55,444 nucleotides of DNA from positions 1 to 55,444 of the IMG/VR virus record IMGVR_UViG_3300021247_000931, one strand, 5' to 3'. The notes beneath the pieces were generated by a model, which saw nothing but the letters and a program-made list of their open reading frames with translations, had not been told where the DNA came from and ran no database searches. A program made the translations under genes and the position numbers. Shown here in pieces: positions 8,225-18,640 of this stretch. This DNA is from a virus. Its lineage: Duplodnaviria; Caudoviricetes. How positions within the stretch are numbered: position 1 is the first letter of the stretch; each line of letters opens with the position of its first letter.

Positions 8225-10302
8225 CAGATGAAATAAAATGTAATGTAAGCGTTTCTTAGGGCCGTCGGTGCGCCACAGTTGCTTGAGGAAATGCTGTATT
8301 CGACTCCAATCCGACGTGTAGATGAATCAGTAATGACGGCCACCGGAACAGGAGAAGATATTGTGGTGATCCTGCCGCTGGGGCAGTCTTTGTTGTTTTT
8401 CAACAACACTCCACCAACCGTTCCATAATCATCGAGACCGCCCTGGAATGTTGCCGCGGGCTTGGCGTATTTTAGGCATCCATTCCAAACGTCTTCAGGA
8501 AACGCGTCACTCCACATTGTCCCAGACAAAGAAAGATCGCGGGTGCTGTCATTGAATAGCTTGATCTGCTGGATGCAGTTGTAGCAAAGCGGAGGCGCCG
8601 GAACAACGATAGGCTGGCTCCAATCGCCATAAGTGGATCCCGCAGCCCTGACTCTCGCTGCAAAAGTAAAACTTCCACTGCCAGGAGCGCACCATTTCCT
8701 TATTCTGAAATCTTGGCACTGGCCCGGAAACAACCTGAAAGTACCTACATTATATACCTCAACAAGATAAGCTGTATATCCACGGCCTCCAACAGCAGTA
8801 TCAATCGTTGTTCCAAGGCAAACTGATCCAACAAATGTTGCTTTTGTAATGTTCTTATTTGGAGGTAAGTCTAAACATGTGTCAGTGGTCATTACCCAAG
8901 TCAAAGATGCCTGCGGTGGGATAATTGGGTCTGGAAGCCCGCCAGGGCCTCCAGTTCCGGTTCCGCCACCTCCGCCACCGCCACCCGTGCCGCCACCGCC
9001 ACCCGTGCCGCCACCGCCGACACCCCCCCCATCACCCGCCGGGGGATCTGGAGTAAGCGGATCATCAATCGGCGGATCTACAGGGGGAAGAGGCGGAAGA
9101 GGCGGGTCAACCACTGGCGGCGGATTCTTCCTTTGAATTGTGTTATCAACAGTCGTGGTAACCTTATTTCCTAGAAAATCGGTAACTGTAATTTTGTAAA
9201 TATCTTTATTAGCAAGAATCCTAAAACTCCAATTGCCTGTTTCATCAGATGTGGCCGAACCGCTTAATGCGTTCCATTGAATATTAATGGTGGTTCCAGG
9301 CCATGAAGTTCCCCTTAAAATAATAGAATCGCCAGAAAGCACCGCATCCAACGTCGCGTAAGTTAAGCTTGCTTCCCAAGATCCAAGAAATCTTCCAACA
9401 AGGTTCTGCTCATCGCCTATGATCAAGATCCACGCGCCAGTTGTATCCGTGATGGGGTTTTTAGCGGAGTTGCTTTGAGTTGCCTTGTAGAAAGTAAGAT
9501 CCGATACTTGCACCACATCTCCGAGCGCGTAAGTTGAGGAAGGAGACCATTGGGAATACTCAGCCCAATACGCGTCAGCGCCTCCTGAGAACCGTGTTGC
9601 GGTTCCAACCGTAAGCCCCGCCCCAGCCGTGGAGATCGCCGGGGTAAATGCGTTGAAAGAAGCGCCGGGTGGAGAGGTGATCGTAACCGTGGAACCTGCG
9701 GCAGTAGCCGTGTATCCACTGCCAATCGCCGCTGCGATAGCGGTTGCCGTGGCAGTCGTAGTCGAGGTCCCGGCAACTGTGCCGGAAAGCACGTTCAAGC
9801 CATTGATAGCGACCGCCGTGACCGATCCTGTCGTCGCAGAAGCCGTGACGGTGAACAAGGCGGTTGCCGCAGTATTGGTTGCATTCGGATCTTGTCCGAT
9901 AGACGGCCTAAGCGCTACATGGGTGCCTCCAGGAACAAGGAGGCTTGCTGTAATTTTAAGCGCATATTGATCAGGCGCCCCATCACTTGTCCAGTCCGTG
10001 GAAAGATAGTCGTCATGAGCAAAATCCACCGCGCTACCCGGGATGGACCCTCCGGATGATCCAACTACTTTTCCTTGGATCAATCCAAGAGATACCGCTG
10101 AACCAGCTAGGTGTTTCTCGAATGGATTATCATATAATGGAGGTTGATTTGCCCTGATAACTGACTCTAGGGCAATCCAACACCCGGAGACATTGGCAAT
10201 CCATCCTTTAGGCCAAGATCCCCTGCGAATAGGACATGCGGCATACCTGGCACGAGCCCAGGGATGTCTTCCTGAAAGATCTGCCGCCAACAGTTTGATC
10301 AT
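8224..10302 (-). CDS. Tail-tip/fibre protein with carbohydrate-binding-like module, Pro/Gly linker and Cys-rich C-terminus
   Basis: WSPSSTYALGDVV..FYKATQSN..NP...W resembles CBM5/12; PPVVDPP and GGGGTGG linker. Confidence 0.55.
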   Translation of the reverse strand: MIKLLAADLSGRHPWARARYAACPIRRGSWPKGWIANVSGCWIALESVIRANQPPLYDNPFEKHLAGSAVSLGLIQGKVVGSSGGSIPGSAVDFAHDDYLSTDWTSDGAPDQYALKITASLLVPGGTHVALRPSIGQDPNATNTAATALFTVTASATTGSVTAVAINGLNVLSGTVAGTSTTTATATAIAAAIGSGYTATAAGSTVTITSPPGASFNAFTPAISTAGAGLTVGTATRFSGGADAYWAEYSQWSPSSTYALGDVVQVSDLTFYKATQSNSAKNPITDTTGAWILIIGDEQNLVGRFLGSWEASLTYATLDAVLSGDSIILRGTSWPGTTINIQWNALSGSATSDETGNWSFRILANKDIYKITVTDFLGNKVTTTVDNTIQRKNPPPVVDPPLPPLPPVDPPIDDPLTPDPPAGDGGGVGGGGTGGGGGTGGGGGGGGTGTGGPGGLPDPIIPPQASLTWVMTTDTCLDLPPNKNITKATFVGSVCLGTTIDTAVGGRGYTAYLVEVYNVGTFRLFPGQCQDFRIRKWCAPGSGSFTFAARVRAAGSTYGDWSQPIVVPAPPLCYNCIQQIKLFNDSTRDLSLSGTMWSDAFPEDVWNGCLKYAKPAATFQGGLDDYGTVGGVLLKNNKDCPSGRITTISSPVPVAVITDSSTRRIGVEYSISSSNCGAPTALRNAYITFYFI

Positions 10303-12350
10303 ACATCAAGAATGTTCCTAGTGATTTTCACAGGAAGGCTCTGGCTGATTTTTTTCAAAGTTCGTTGAACCCCCCTTGAGGATTGTTGGTGGATAAATCG
10401 GAACTCAGCGACGGCATTCAAGATCACTCCATCAGGGGAGACAACCGATGGCTCATCCTCAAAAAAGCTGTCAAAAACATCTCCGCGGCAACTCACTTTG
10501 AGTTCGTAGTGCCTGTCTGAAACATCACCAAGCATAACGTATTCTCCTCCTGTACGGCAGAGCACATCCTCCCCCGATGCGGAGCGCAGCACAAATTCAA
10601 GATCGACGAGATCTGGCACAACCAAAACGCCTTTTGGGTCATAAAATGCAACATTGAAGAGCAAATCAGTATCCGTTTTGAGATCCATGGGGAAAGCAGG
10701 AGAAAGCAACTTGCCGGTAGCTGTATCGATCTTTACCTCGATGGAGCTGAGGTTGTTCCAAGCTCCAGTGAAAATGGAAATTGGTATTTCCATGGCATCG
10801 CTGATTCCCCGGTCATTGCTTGCCCGCACGGTGGCCACCCAGACGCCCTGGACAAGAACAGTTCCCCCAATGGCCCCCGTCTTGCTATCGGAGGTGATCC
10901 CCGGGGGAAGGTTTTGCCAAGTCCATGAGGTTGGAGAATTGGAGGCATTTGGCTGAAAGATCCAAGGCTCCCCGATAGGGTAATCCAGAACGCTAGATGT
11001 ATTGCTAATGGAGGGCCTGCCGTAACCGAAACCCGTCGATAGAAATGATGTAGTGACTTCAGGTGCCGCAAAGTAGTTTGTGTTCCCCGATTGGTTTGCC
11101 GCCAAAACAATTTGACCAGGACCGGATAAAGTAACGGTATTCCCGCTAATCGTGGCTGGTCCGCTTTTAACCGTAACCGCGACTGTAAGCCCAGCCGAGG
11201 ATGTTGGCCTCGTAATGGTGACAGATGTGCCAGACTGGTCGGGTATCGATGAAAATCCTGTGATTTGCTGTGTCGCCCGCTGGATGAAAAAAGATGTCGT
11301 CGAGGAGGCGGGTGAATAGCCGCTATTTCCTGCTTGAGTTGCAGAGAGTGTAACAGATCCCGCGCCCGTAATGCTGATGATATTGCCGCTAATGCTGGCA
11401 GGACCGCTCTTAACAGTAACTGTTACCGGAAGACCGGAAGAGGCTGTAGGCGGGACAATAGTAAAGGATAGGCCCGGCGAATAAGTCCTAGTTGGAATAT
11501 CGTTCCAATCAGAAATCGACTGGCCAGCCTTAACATTAAAAGAGGTTGTTACTTCAGCCGCTGGGGAATAGGTAGTATCGCCGCCCTGATTGGCTGCAAG
11601 AACAACAGTTCCGGACCCGTTGAGGGTCACTGTGTTTCCGATAATTGATGCCGGACCACTTTTGACTGAAACAGTAACGGGAAGACCCGAGGAAGATTTT
11701 GGAGGCGAAATAATAAGGGTCGCCCCAGAGGTGTATGCTTGATCCGAAATTGGAACCCATGAAGAAATTTGCTGTAAGTATGAACCAACCTCAACAGCAA
11801 TAGGCGGCCATTCAATACTTCCGCTTGGCCGAGTAAATTCTGACCTGGTGTTTGTCCAGAAATTCAGAAGATTTGATGAAAATGTTCCAGATGGACGAGG
11901 AAGTATAATATCCTTGCTCGCAGCTACCGGAACTAGGGCAGGAACAGGAGTGCCAGTGCCGTCTTGTCGCGAGTAATATATTAAACCGCTAACACCCGAC
12001 TTGGTTGATATATTATTGCTAAATATTGGAAGGTCTTTTGCAAGCAATCCAATCATTTGCAATGGATCCGCGAGGCAAGAAACAGAGAGCGTGCTAAACT
12101 TAATGTAGCAATAAGCCCCAGACCAAGCAACATTCTGATACCAGAAAACAACCCTCTTAACTTCATTTGCAGCAAATTGAAGCTGCAGTTCAGGGCCAAG
12201 TTGAGTAAATTCTGACCCATCGACCGAATAGTTAATTACATCATCTACACTTGTATTTGAAAGTGTATAAGTACCAGCCGTGGTTGCTTTTAGGTAAACT
12301 GGAATGACTGCAGTAAATATCGTTCCCCCATTGATTGATGTAGTTGCCAT
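10299..12350 (-). CDS. Tail protein with three Ig-like repeats and a putative-Ig (He_PIG-like) domain
   Basis: Three copies of SGLPVTVxVKSGPAxIxGNTVTLxGxGxVVLAANQxG..Y; NASNSPTSW..NLPPG..TGAIGGT..ASN. Confidence 0.65.
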   Translation of the reverse strand: MATTSINGGTIFTAVIPVYLKATTAGTYTLSNTSVDDVINYSVDGSEFTQLGPELQLQFAANEVKRVVFWYQNVAWSGAYCYIKFSTLSVSCLADPLQMIGLLAKDLPIFSNNISTKSGVSGLIYYSRQDGTGTPVPALVPVAASKDIILPRPSGTFSSNLLNFWTNTRSEFTRPSGSIEWPPIAVEVGSYLQQISSWVPISDQAYTSGATLIISPPKSSSGLPVTVSVKSGPASIIGNTVTLNGSGTVVLAANQGGDTTYSPAAEVTTSFNVKAGQSISDWNDIPTRTYSPGLSFTIVPPTASSGLPVTVTVKSGPASISGNIISITGAGSVTLSATQAGNSGYSPASSTTSFFIQRATQQITGFSSIPDQSGTSVTITRPTSSAGLTVAVTVKSGPATISGNTVTLSGPGQIVLAANQSGNTNYFAAPEVTTSFLSTGFGYGRPSISNTSSVLDYPIGEPWIFQPNASNSPTSWTWQNLPPGITSDSKTGAIGGTVLVQGVWVATVRASNDRGISDAMEIPISIFTGAWNNLSSIEVKIDTATGKLLSPAFPMDLKTDTDLLFNVAFYDPKGVLVVPDLVDLEFVLRSASGEDVLCRTGGEYVMLGDVSDRHYELKVSCRGDVFDSFFEDEPSVVSPDGVILNAVAEFRFIHQQSSRGVQRTLKKISQSLPVKITRNILDV

Positions 12351-12358
12351 GGCAGTGT

Positions 12359-13375
12359 TTATTTTAGGATAGGATCGGTAATGACATAACCGACGTATCC
12401 CGAGAGATCGGTGACATCATCCTGAATATCGAAGTTTCCAAGGCGGACGCGCAGGATAAAATCATCCTGAGTTGGAGTTGTGCCTGGAATGATTTTGGTG
12501 GCCGAAGAATAAAGAAGCCTAGAGCCGGTAATGAAGTTTTCTGGGTCCCCTGTTTTTTGAAAAGTCAGCCCAAAATTGTGCGTTGTCGTCAGGTCGGTGA
12601 GAACCACTTGTTGATCGATAGCCGGAGGCAAAAATTCGTATTGCTGGATGTTCGGACCGATGGGTGCTGGCGATGTTTTGTTTCGGCGCTGACCAAACTC
12701 AAAGATCACATTCCAAACCACTGCGGTATTTGCGGCTACGGCCCGGAATGTGAATGCTCGACTAAGGGTAAAAAGACTTCCTGCTTTCAGTGATGCCCCC
12801 GTAAAGGAGGCAGAATATGCGATGCGCTCAAAATGTGCCGGATAGTAGGAGTTGGTGGAGTAGGTGTGGATCCATCCGGCCACTGCAGCCGAAGCATTGG
12901 TAATGAGATCTCCATTGGAATCCTTGAGCTGAAAGGTGTTTCCATCGATGTTCGCGATGGTGTAATCGGAGTCATTGAAGAAGCCAATGGGATTCACAAA
13001 ACCTGCTACCTTTGCGAGTTGGCCGTTGGCGATCCCGTTTTCCAAATTGATAGCCGTGAAAACTCCGTCCGACACATTGAAAACCGCTCTGGAGTTCCCC
13101 TTCTTATTGATCACCTTGTAGTAGAGCCAAGGATTGGTTCCGGCATACTCATTCGGGTAGAGGGGGCGATCCGGATAGTTTCCAGAGGCCGGAAGAATGA
13201 CAACATTTGCCGTATCGTTGCGAAGCACTAAATTCGACGCGGAGGGATTCGATGGAAGCACTCCATTCACAAGCACGGAACTCATAGGCGTAACCGTAGA
13301 GGTATGGATGGCATTGAGCAGGCCCAACCCGGGGCTTGGAAGCTGGGATAGCTTGGAAAGGTCGGTGATGAGCAT
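12359..13375 (-). CDS. Tail/baseplate protein (hypothetical)
   Basis: 338 aa beta-rich ORF in the tail operon. Confidence 0.5.
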   Translation of the reverse strand: MLITDLSKLSQLPSPGLGLLNAIHTSTVTPMSSVLVNGVLPSNPSASNLVLRNDTANVVILPASGNYPDRPLYPNEYAGTNPWLYYKVINKKGNSRAVFNVSDGVFTAINLENGIANGQLAKVAGFVNPIGFFNDSDYTIANIDGNTFQLKDSNGDLITNASAAVAGWIHTYSTNSYYPAHFERIAYSASFTGASLKAGSLFTLSRAFTFRAVAANTAVVWNVIFEFGQRRNKTSPAPIGPNIQQYEFLPPAIDQQVVLTDLTTTHNFGLTFQKTGDPENFITGSRLLYSSATKIIPGTTPTQDDFILRVRLGNFDIQDDVTDLSGYVGYVITDPILK

Positions 13376-13383
13376 AAAACTTC

Positions 13384-16032
13384 TTATCCGTTGGTGATGA
13401 CAATCTGGCTTGCCGGGATGACTAGGCCAAGTTGGCCCACGGGAACTTCAGAGCTGTCCACGTCAAATCTCGTCAGGTCAACAAGCAGCGCGAAATCCCC
13501 ATCTGGAACTGGTGCTCCATTGATCGCTTTTCCATAGATGGTTGCCGTGGAGTTGGATCCGTCGCGTTTTGCAGAAAGTGAGATTACTCGCTGCTCAGAC
13601 GAGGTGGAGAATCCAAGCGTGGTCTCAAAAAGGAGAGATGGCGCCCCCTCAATCAAGTCGCCAGAGATAGGAAACGCCTGCGCCCGTAGTCTGTAGGCAC
13701 ATCCGTTGTTAATTCCTTGCTTATCGAAAGTCGGCGTCAAGAGCATCGTGGTAATATTGAGATCCATCGACAGGATTGATCCCTCCGGGAACGTGGATTC
13801 AGTGATGAGAGTTCGGGATAGCTCCCGATCCATCTCAATGGGATACCAGAAGTCATCTCCTTGACTTGCAACGCCGTAATAGATTTTTCCATCGAAGGCG
13901 AAATTCGAGTTCGCGGCGGCGGTGAAGGCCCTTCTGCCAGACCCTCCCGGGAGGGAGATGTCGGTGATGGCGCGATAAACACCCGCCGAAGAGGGGATAG
14001 AAGAAATAGCGATCGGAGCCTCCTGTCGGGCGGAAGGCAAGCGGCGATACTTTCCATTGTTCATCGGGGGCCAATACATCGGCGCGGAGGAAGTGCCGAT
14101 GGCCGGTATCATGAACCGAGTAACAAGAGTCTTGTCGCGAGAGGCAGTAACGGCGGCCTGCGTGGTAGTCGTCTCCTTGACTTGCGCAGCAGCCGCGGCG
14201 GCGGCTGCCTTTGCCCCCTCGATCTGCGCTTGGATCTTGGCCAACTCTGCTTGTGCCTCTTGGGTCTGTTTCTGAAGATCGGTTCCAGGGATGACCGTAA
14301 TGGCCGGTGCTGCAGGAGGAGTTTGCCCAGCCGGGGCAGTCGTGACGATCTGAGCAGAGATGGATGGAACTGCCGGAGGCGTGACATCCCCCTCCTTGGG
14401 AATGATCGTGTTTTCCAGCGAAAGGTCTGGAAGAATTTCTCCAAAACTCGGGAAGACGCTGATTTGATCGGGCATATTTGTTGCCGCTGCGACCGAGGAT
14501 GTGGATGGAACGAGGTTTTCCAGATAGGCAATCCTCTTAGATAACTCGTTGAGTCGGTCTCCGAGATTCTCTACTTGCTCAATGGTATGGTTATGCGCCA
14601 GAAACCTGCTTATCGGGCCAGCCGTAGTTACGGCAACCGCAAGGGAGGCGAATTCGGGAGCCTCGGCGAAAATGAGTGTGAGGGAATTTAGATCGTTATG
14701 GATAACCTGATATTCCGAATCTCTATAAACCCTTCCTGAGGATTTGTTTTCACGAACAAGAATCGATGCCAGATTGTCGGTATTGAGATTGTGGGCAACA
14801 ACAAAACTCGTGGCGCTGCCATCCCCTAAAACCGTCGTGTAATTCTGCTGGCCGGTAATGATCTGATTAGGGGAAAAGGGAATGTACGTTTTACCGGAAG
14901 GTGGCTCCAACCACTCGATAGCTTGGGCTGTTTGGAATTCTTGACGAATCAAGGGCTCCGTCACCGTAACCGGCATGCTCCAGAGCTTTTTGCGAAAGGT
15001 GGCCGGAAGAGGCTGCCCCGGCAGCGGGGTAGAGACATAAAAATCCGCCTCTGCCTCAAACTGCAGGGTCCTGAGATTTTGGCCGCGCAAATACTCTTGA
15101 AGCGGAATCGTATCTAGGTTCAGAAAGATCGTCCAATCAGCAGGCGGGGCGGAATAAATGGGTACAAGCAACGGAGGCACATCCGTGCCCATGAAGCCTC
15201 CCGAGACTTCATTATACCCGTTAAAGGTGATATGGACATTGAAGCTCGTTGGGTTGGTGACCGTCACTGTATATCCAGGCCCCTTTGCCGCCCACATCTT
15301 GTTCAGATTTGCCTGAATCTGGGACGCCCCATCCGTGATGTCCATCAGGTCACTCTTGTAGATCCCATCGGTAAGTTGGAATGTCCCCTGAAAAGTTGGT
15401 GGAATGAAGAGATTCTGGATGGTGGGCCACATGGCCCCGCCGGAATCAGTTCCGCCATGTTGCAAGACACTAATGACGGGCGGTGGCGGAAGAATTTGCT
15501 CTCCTCCTGTAGTGAAAGCAAGGGGTGCCGCCTCAAACGTCATCTTGTATTTCAGGCGTCCGTTTGTGGTCTTCCCACGAAATGCTATGAACGAGGAAGG
15601 AACCAGGGCGTTTCCGGTCGATGTAATGGTGAAATCGGAACCATTGGCGCGGGAGATATAAATCCCCGTAGCGTCTTGCTCGCAGGAAAAGAGATTAGAA
15701 GAGACCAGGGCATTAAGGCTGTCCTGGACGCGCTTGCTATTTGCGGAATACGGAATATCAGCCGTAGTTCCCTCGGAAATTACCAGCCGATACTGGCCGG
15801 ACTCCACAGAGTAATCCTTAACCCCCAAACCACATCGGACCCCCGCGCATCGGTTTGAGTAAGCCGAGTCGAGAACATACCCTCCCGAGCCGTCGCCCGT
15901 AAGAAAACGAACCCCGATGTTTTGAACCCCTCCGGCAACAAAAGAAGGCCAGGTCATCGCCTCGCCGGTCTGATTGGAAAATACCCGAGATGACTGAAGA
16001 TCTACATAAACGATTTGGGCCGGATAGGACAT
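13384..16032 (-). CDS. Large tail-tip protein (hypothetical)
   Basis: ~880 aa, beta-rich with central coiled coils; GDGSATSFVVAHNL fibre-like motif; ATG 16032 chosen as start. Confidence 0.5.
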   Translation of the reverse strand: MSYPAQIVYVDLQSSRVFSNQTGEAMTWPSFVAGGVQNIGVRFLTGDGSGGYVLDSAYSNRCAGVRCGLGVKDYSVESGQYRLVISEGTTADIPYSANSKRVQDSLNALVSSNLFSCEQDATGIYISRANGSDFTITSTGNALVPSSFIAFRGKTTNGRLKYKMTFEAAPLAFTTGGEQILPPPPVISVLQHGGTDSGGAMWPTIQNLFIPPTFQGTFQLTDGIYKSDLMDITDGASQIQANLNKMWAAKGPGYTVTVTNPTSFNVHITFNGYNEVSGGFMGTDVPPLLVPIYSAPPADWTIFLNLDTIPLQEYLRGQNLRTLQFEAEADFYVSTPLPGQPLPATFRKKLWSMPVTVTEPLIRQEFQTAQAIEWLEPPSGKTYIPFSPNQIITGQQNYTTVLGDGSATSFVVAHNLNTDNLASILVRENKSSGRVYRDSEYQVIHNDLNSLTLIFAEAPEFASLAVAVTTAGPISRFLAHNHTIEQVENLGDRLNELSKRIAYLENLVPSTSSVAAATNMPDQISVFPSFGEILPDLSLENTIIPKEGDVTPPAVPSISAQIVTTAPAGQTPPAAPAITVIPGTDLQKQTQEAQAELAKIQAQIEGAKAAAAAAAAQVKETTTTQAAVTASRDKTLVTRFMIPAIGTSSAPMYWPPMNNGKYRRLPSARQEAPIAISSIPSSAGVYRAITDISLPGGSGRRAFTAAANSNFAFDGKIYYGVASQGDDFWYPIEMDRELSRTLITESTFPEGSILSMDLNITTMLLTPTFDKQGINNGCAYRLRAQAFPISGDLIEGAPSLLFETTLGFSTSSEQRVISLSAKRDGSNSTATIYGKAINGAPVPDGDFALLVDLTRFDVDSSEVPVGQLGLVIPASQIVITNG

Positions 16033-16053
16033 ACCTATCCGTTTTGGCAATCG

Positions 16054-16275
16054 TCAACTTCCCTCGTATCCGTTTGCCTTCACCCCGGCAGCATCGGGAA
16101 GATAAGCGAGTCCTTTGAAAAAGGAAGCGGGAGGGGCGATGACTAGCCAGGGGAAGTCCGGCTCAAGCAATGGAGCAACACCGGCATTATTTTCCTCAAG
16201 AATGCGCTGCTGCGCACGCTTGGCCTTGTTTGACCCAAAAGAATCGGTGGTATTTACCGCTGTCATGTGGTCCAA
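16054..16275 (-). CDS. Small hypothetical tail-operon protein
   Basis: Fills the gap between co-oriented genes. Confidence 0.4.
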   Translation of the reverse strand: MDHMTAVNTTDSFGSNKAKRAQQRILEENNAGVAPLLEPDFPWLVIAPPASFFKGLAYLPDAAGVKANGYEGS

Positions 16276-17354
16276 AACATCCCGGACTGGTCAACCTGGT
16301 TGCTGATGTTGTTGATGATCTCCTGCTCGAGAGCACCGGCGGCTCCAATTGTGGCCGCAGGTGCAAAAGAATAGCGGCCCACAAACCACGCAAGGAACGG
16401 ATCGAGGGTTTGCTGCTGCAGGTTAAATGGGATGACGTTTTTCTTGTAGTAACTCAGATTAAAAAAAAGGTCGTGCCTTGTGAAGACAGTCCACGTTGCA
16501 AAACCTTCATCGCTTACATCATTCGGGCTGCTGACCTTGAGTTTGGATGTGGTTCTATCCGGAGAGAGCCAGTAGATGGTTCCAATCTGAAGAAAATCGA
16601 TGCCAAGCTGATTTCCCTTAGAATCGATGTAAGCAAAGTTTGTTTGACCAATTTTAGGGAAGATGGTTTTAGTCGGAATGATAGGACCTATGACGACCTT
16701 TGGGCGATTTCCCAGAAGGAGTGATGAGGAATCAATATCCACTCGGTAGTCCACAAGGTCACCCGTGACAAGATTCCCGGGTATGTCTGCATTGACGGTG
16801 TAGGTTGTTCTGGCCTGCTCAATCCAGACATCACATTTGTAGAGAAGGCGTGATGGTGGGGTAATATCGGAAAGGGTGGTAATCAAGGAGTTTGCATTTC
16901 CCTGAAGTGCCGCGTTTATTTGGCTTTCAGAAATTACTGGTGGAGGAGTGATCTTATAGACCTGCTTGAAGAATGCAGGAATCACATCAGGATTGGATGG
17001 AGCCCCTATCGGGGGCTCATTGATGTCTTTCCAGTCGCCTGCGTTGATTGTAACAGGATCGGCATCCATAATGCCAATCTCGACTCCGGAGAGAAGTCGG
17101 CCAGAATTGTTGTAAACAGGTCGCGAGGTCCCGCTTCCCTGTTTTTGCTTGGCCAGATACTCCGATTCAGCGCGAGGAAATCTTGGATCCATGGCGTTGA
17201 TGAATCCTGGTTCGATTGAGAGCTTCCAACACTTTGCCGAAGGGTCGAAAATGACATCCATCTCCCACGGATGTCCCGGCTTCGGTGAAGATCGAGGGGG
17301 CGAGTCGATCCACGGGAGTCTTTTCTTGGGCTTCTGGAGGTAGATTTGGATCAT
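16263..17354 (-). CDS. Tail protein (hypothetical)
   Basis: 363 aa; HPW..IEPGFINAMDP motif; ATGA-coupled. Confidence 0.5.
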   Translation of the reverse strand: MIQIYLQKPKKRLPWIDSPPRSSPKPGHPWEMDVIFDPSAKCWKLSIEPGFINAMDPRFPRAESEYLAKQKQGSGTSRPVYNNSGRLLSGVEIGIMDADPVTINAGDWKDINEPPIGAPSNPDVIPAFFKQVYKITPPPVISESQINAALQGNANSLITTLSDITPPSRLLYKCDVWIEQARTTYTVNADIPGNLVTGDLVDYRVDIDSSSLLLGNRPKVVIGPIIPTKTIFPKIGQTNFAYIDSKGNQLGIDFLQIGTIYWLSPDRTTSKLKVSSPNDVSDEGFATWTVFTRHDLFFNLSYYKKNVIPFNLQQQTLDPFLAWFVGRYSFAPAATIGAAGALEQEIINNISNQVDQSGMFWTT

Positions 17355-17857
17355 GATGCCACCATAAAATGCCGAAATGCTCCGTACTGCTTGACGCTTA
17401 CATGAAGGAGATCGTGGTAGGCGAGCTGTCTAAATCCCTGCTCTTTTTTCTCCAGTGCGATGGGGTGGTAGTGGATAGCGGGATCATCCGAGTGAAAGTC
17501 ATCTACAGCCTCAATGGTAAGGTTGATGGGAGTCACATCAGCTTGCGTTCTGGCAACCATGAGCCCGCTGGCCGGATCTATCTGTAGCTTGATGCAGATA
17601 TAACAGCGGTTCATGGAGTCATATTTGGCTTTGAGGTTCAGGTAAGGCTGGGAGTCATCGTTGCCTCCGATGAGATCGCCTGACTCAGAAACAGGTTCCA
17701 GTCCATTGACATACCCGCGATCAACCTGAACAGTCATCACCCCGTTGAGATTTGATCCATCGACATAAAAAGCCCCCATGAAGAGATTGCTTTTTTGCCT
17801 TCGATAGTCGGGAATCTTGAGCGCCTTAGATTCCTTGATGAACCCTGGTAAAATCAT
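17351..17857 (-). CDS. Tail protein (hypothetical)
   Basis: 168 aa; VDRGYVNGLEP echoes IEPGFINAMDP of the next gene; ATGA-coupled. Confidence 0.5.
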   Translation of the reverse strand: MILPGFIKESKALKIPDYRRQKSNLFMGAFYVDGSNLNGVMTVQVDRGYVNGLEPVSESGDLIGGNDDSQPYLNLKAKYDSMNRCYICIKLQIDPASGLMVARTQADVTPINLTIEAVDDFHSDDPAIHYHPIALEKKEQGFRQLAYHDLLHVSVKQYGAFRHFMVAS

Positions 17858-18636
17858 GATGATGGGGTATAGAGGATGTTATTCCATTGGCCAGACTGCC
17901 ACCCCTTGGTGATTTCTAGGTCAGCACCATGTTGAGAGGCGGAGTTTTCTGTCATGAGCCACTCAGAGTATGCCGCAGGCCCGCTGGACCCGGTTGATGA
18001 GGGCATCCATCCGATAAGTCTCGCTATCTCTCCAGGGGGTGTATCCGTGAACCCGAAGTTTCCACTAAGGCTGGGGGTCGCGTACGCGCCAATCTGCATG
18101 GTTGATGCGCGCAATGTCACCGATGGGGCGAGATATTCCTGAACCCCATACATCGGGTTAATCCCCGAAATTGTGTTTCCGTTCTTGTCGGTTCCACTTC
18201 TGGTGCTTGTTCCGGTGGGATCAATCTGCGGCCAGTCCCACTCGCCATAGAGAAGACGACCTCCGTACTTTCGCTTGATTTCAGCAAATTTCTGATGCAT
18301 CCCGATCGGCTGCCTAGTCAATGTCACAGAAGCGGAAACGACGGCCCCCTGCAAATCACCGGATCTTAAGTCAGATGGAGATGATGGGCCGCCATTGGTA
18401 GCACATTCGTAAGTGTAGTGATAGACGCCCAGATGGGCCTCTTGACGCGCTAGTTCTTTTTTAGTGCAAACCCAGTTGGATCCGCCCACGCTAGGTAGAA
18501 GAGATTGATCTGGGGCCGCATGCGATCCCGCAAATTCATCAACTTCGATGATGCATGTCCATTTGCCAGGAACGGCAAATTCGCATGAATAAAGCCTGGA
18601 AACAGGGTTGCCTATGAGTTTTGCTGGGATAGCCAT
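17854..18636 (-). CDS. Distal-tail-position protein, paralog A
   Basis: Start ATG 18636; QPIGMHQKF..GTDKNGNTISGINPMYGVQEYLAPS. Confidence 0.55.
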   Translation of the reverse strand: MAIPAKLIGNPVSRLYSCEFAVPGKWTCIIEVDEFAGSHAAPDQSLLPSVGGSNWVCTKKELARQEAHLGVYHYTYECATNGGPSSPSDLRSGDLQGAVVSASVTLTRQPIGMHQKFAEIKRKYGGRLLYGEWDWPQIDPTGTSTRSGTDKNGNTISGINPMYGVQEYLAPSVTLRASTMQIGAYATPSLSGNFGFTDTPPGEIARLIGWMPSSTGSSGPAAYSEWLMTENSASQHGADLEITKGWQSGQWNNILYTPSS

Positions 18637-18640
18637 GGGT

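Noticed and set aside
8935-9125. Collagen-like or repeat element
   Set aside because: Poly-Gly/Pro low-complexity linker (GCCGCCACC runs) without Gly-X-Y periodicity.
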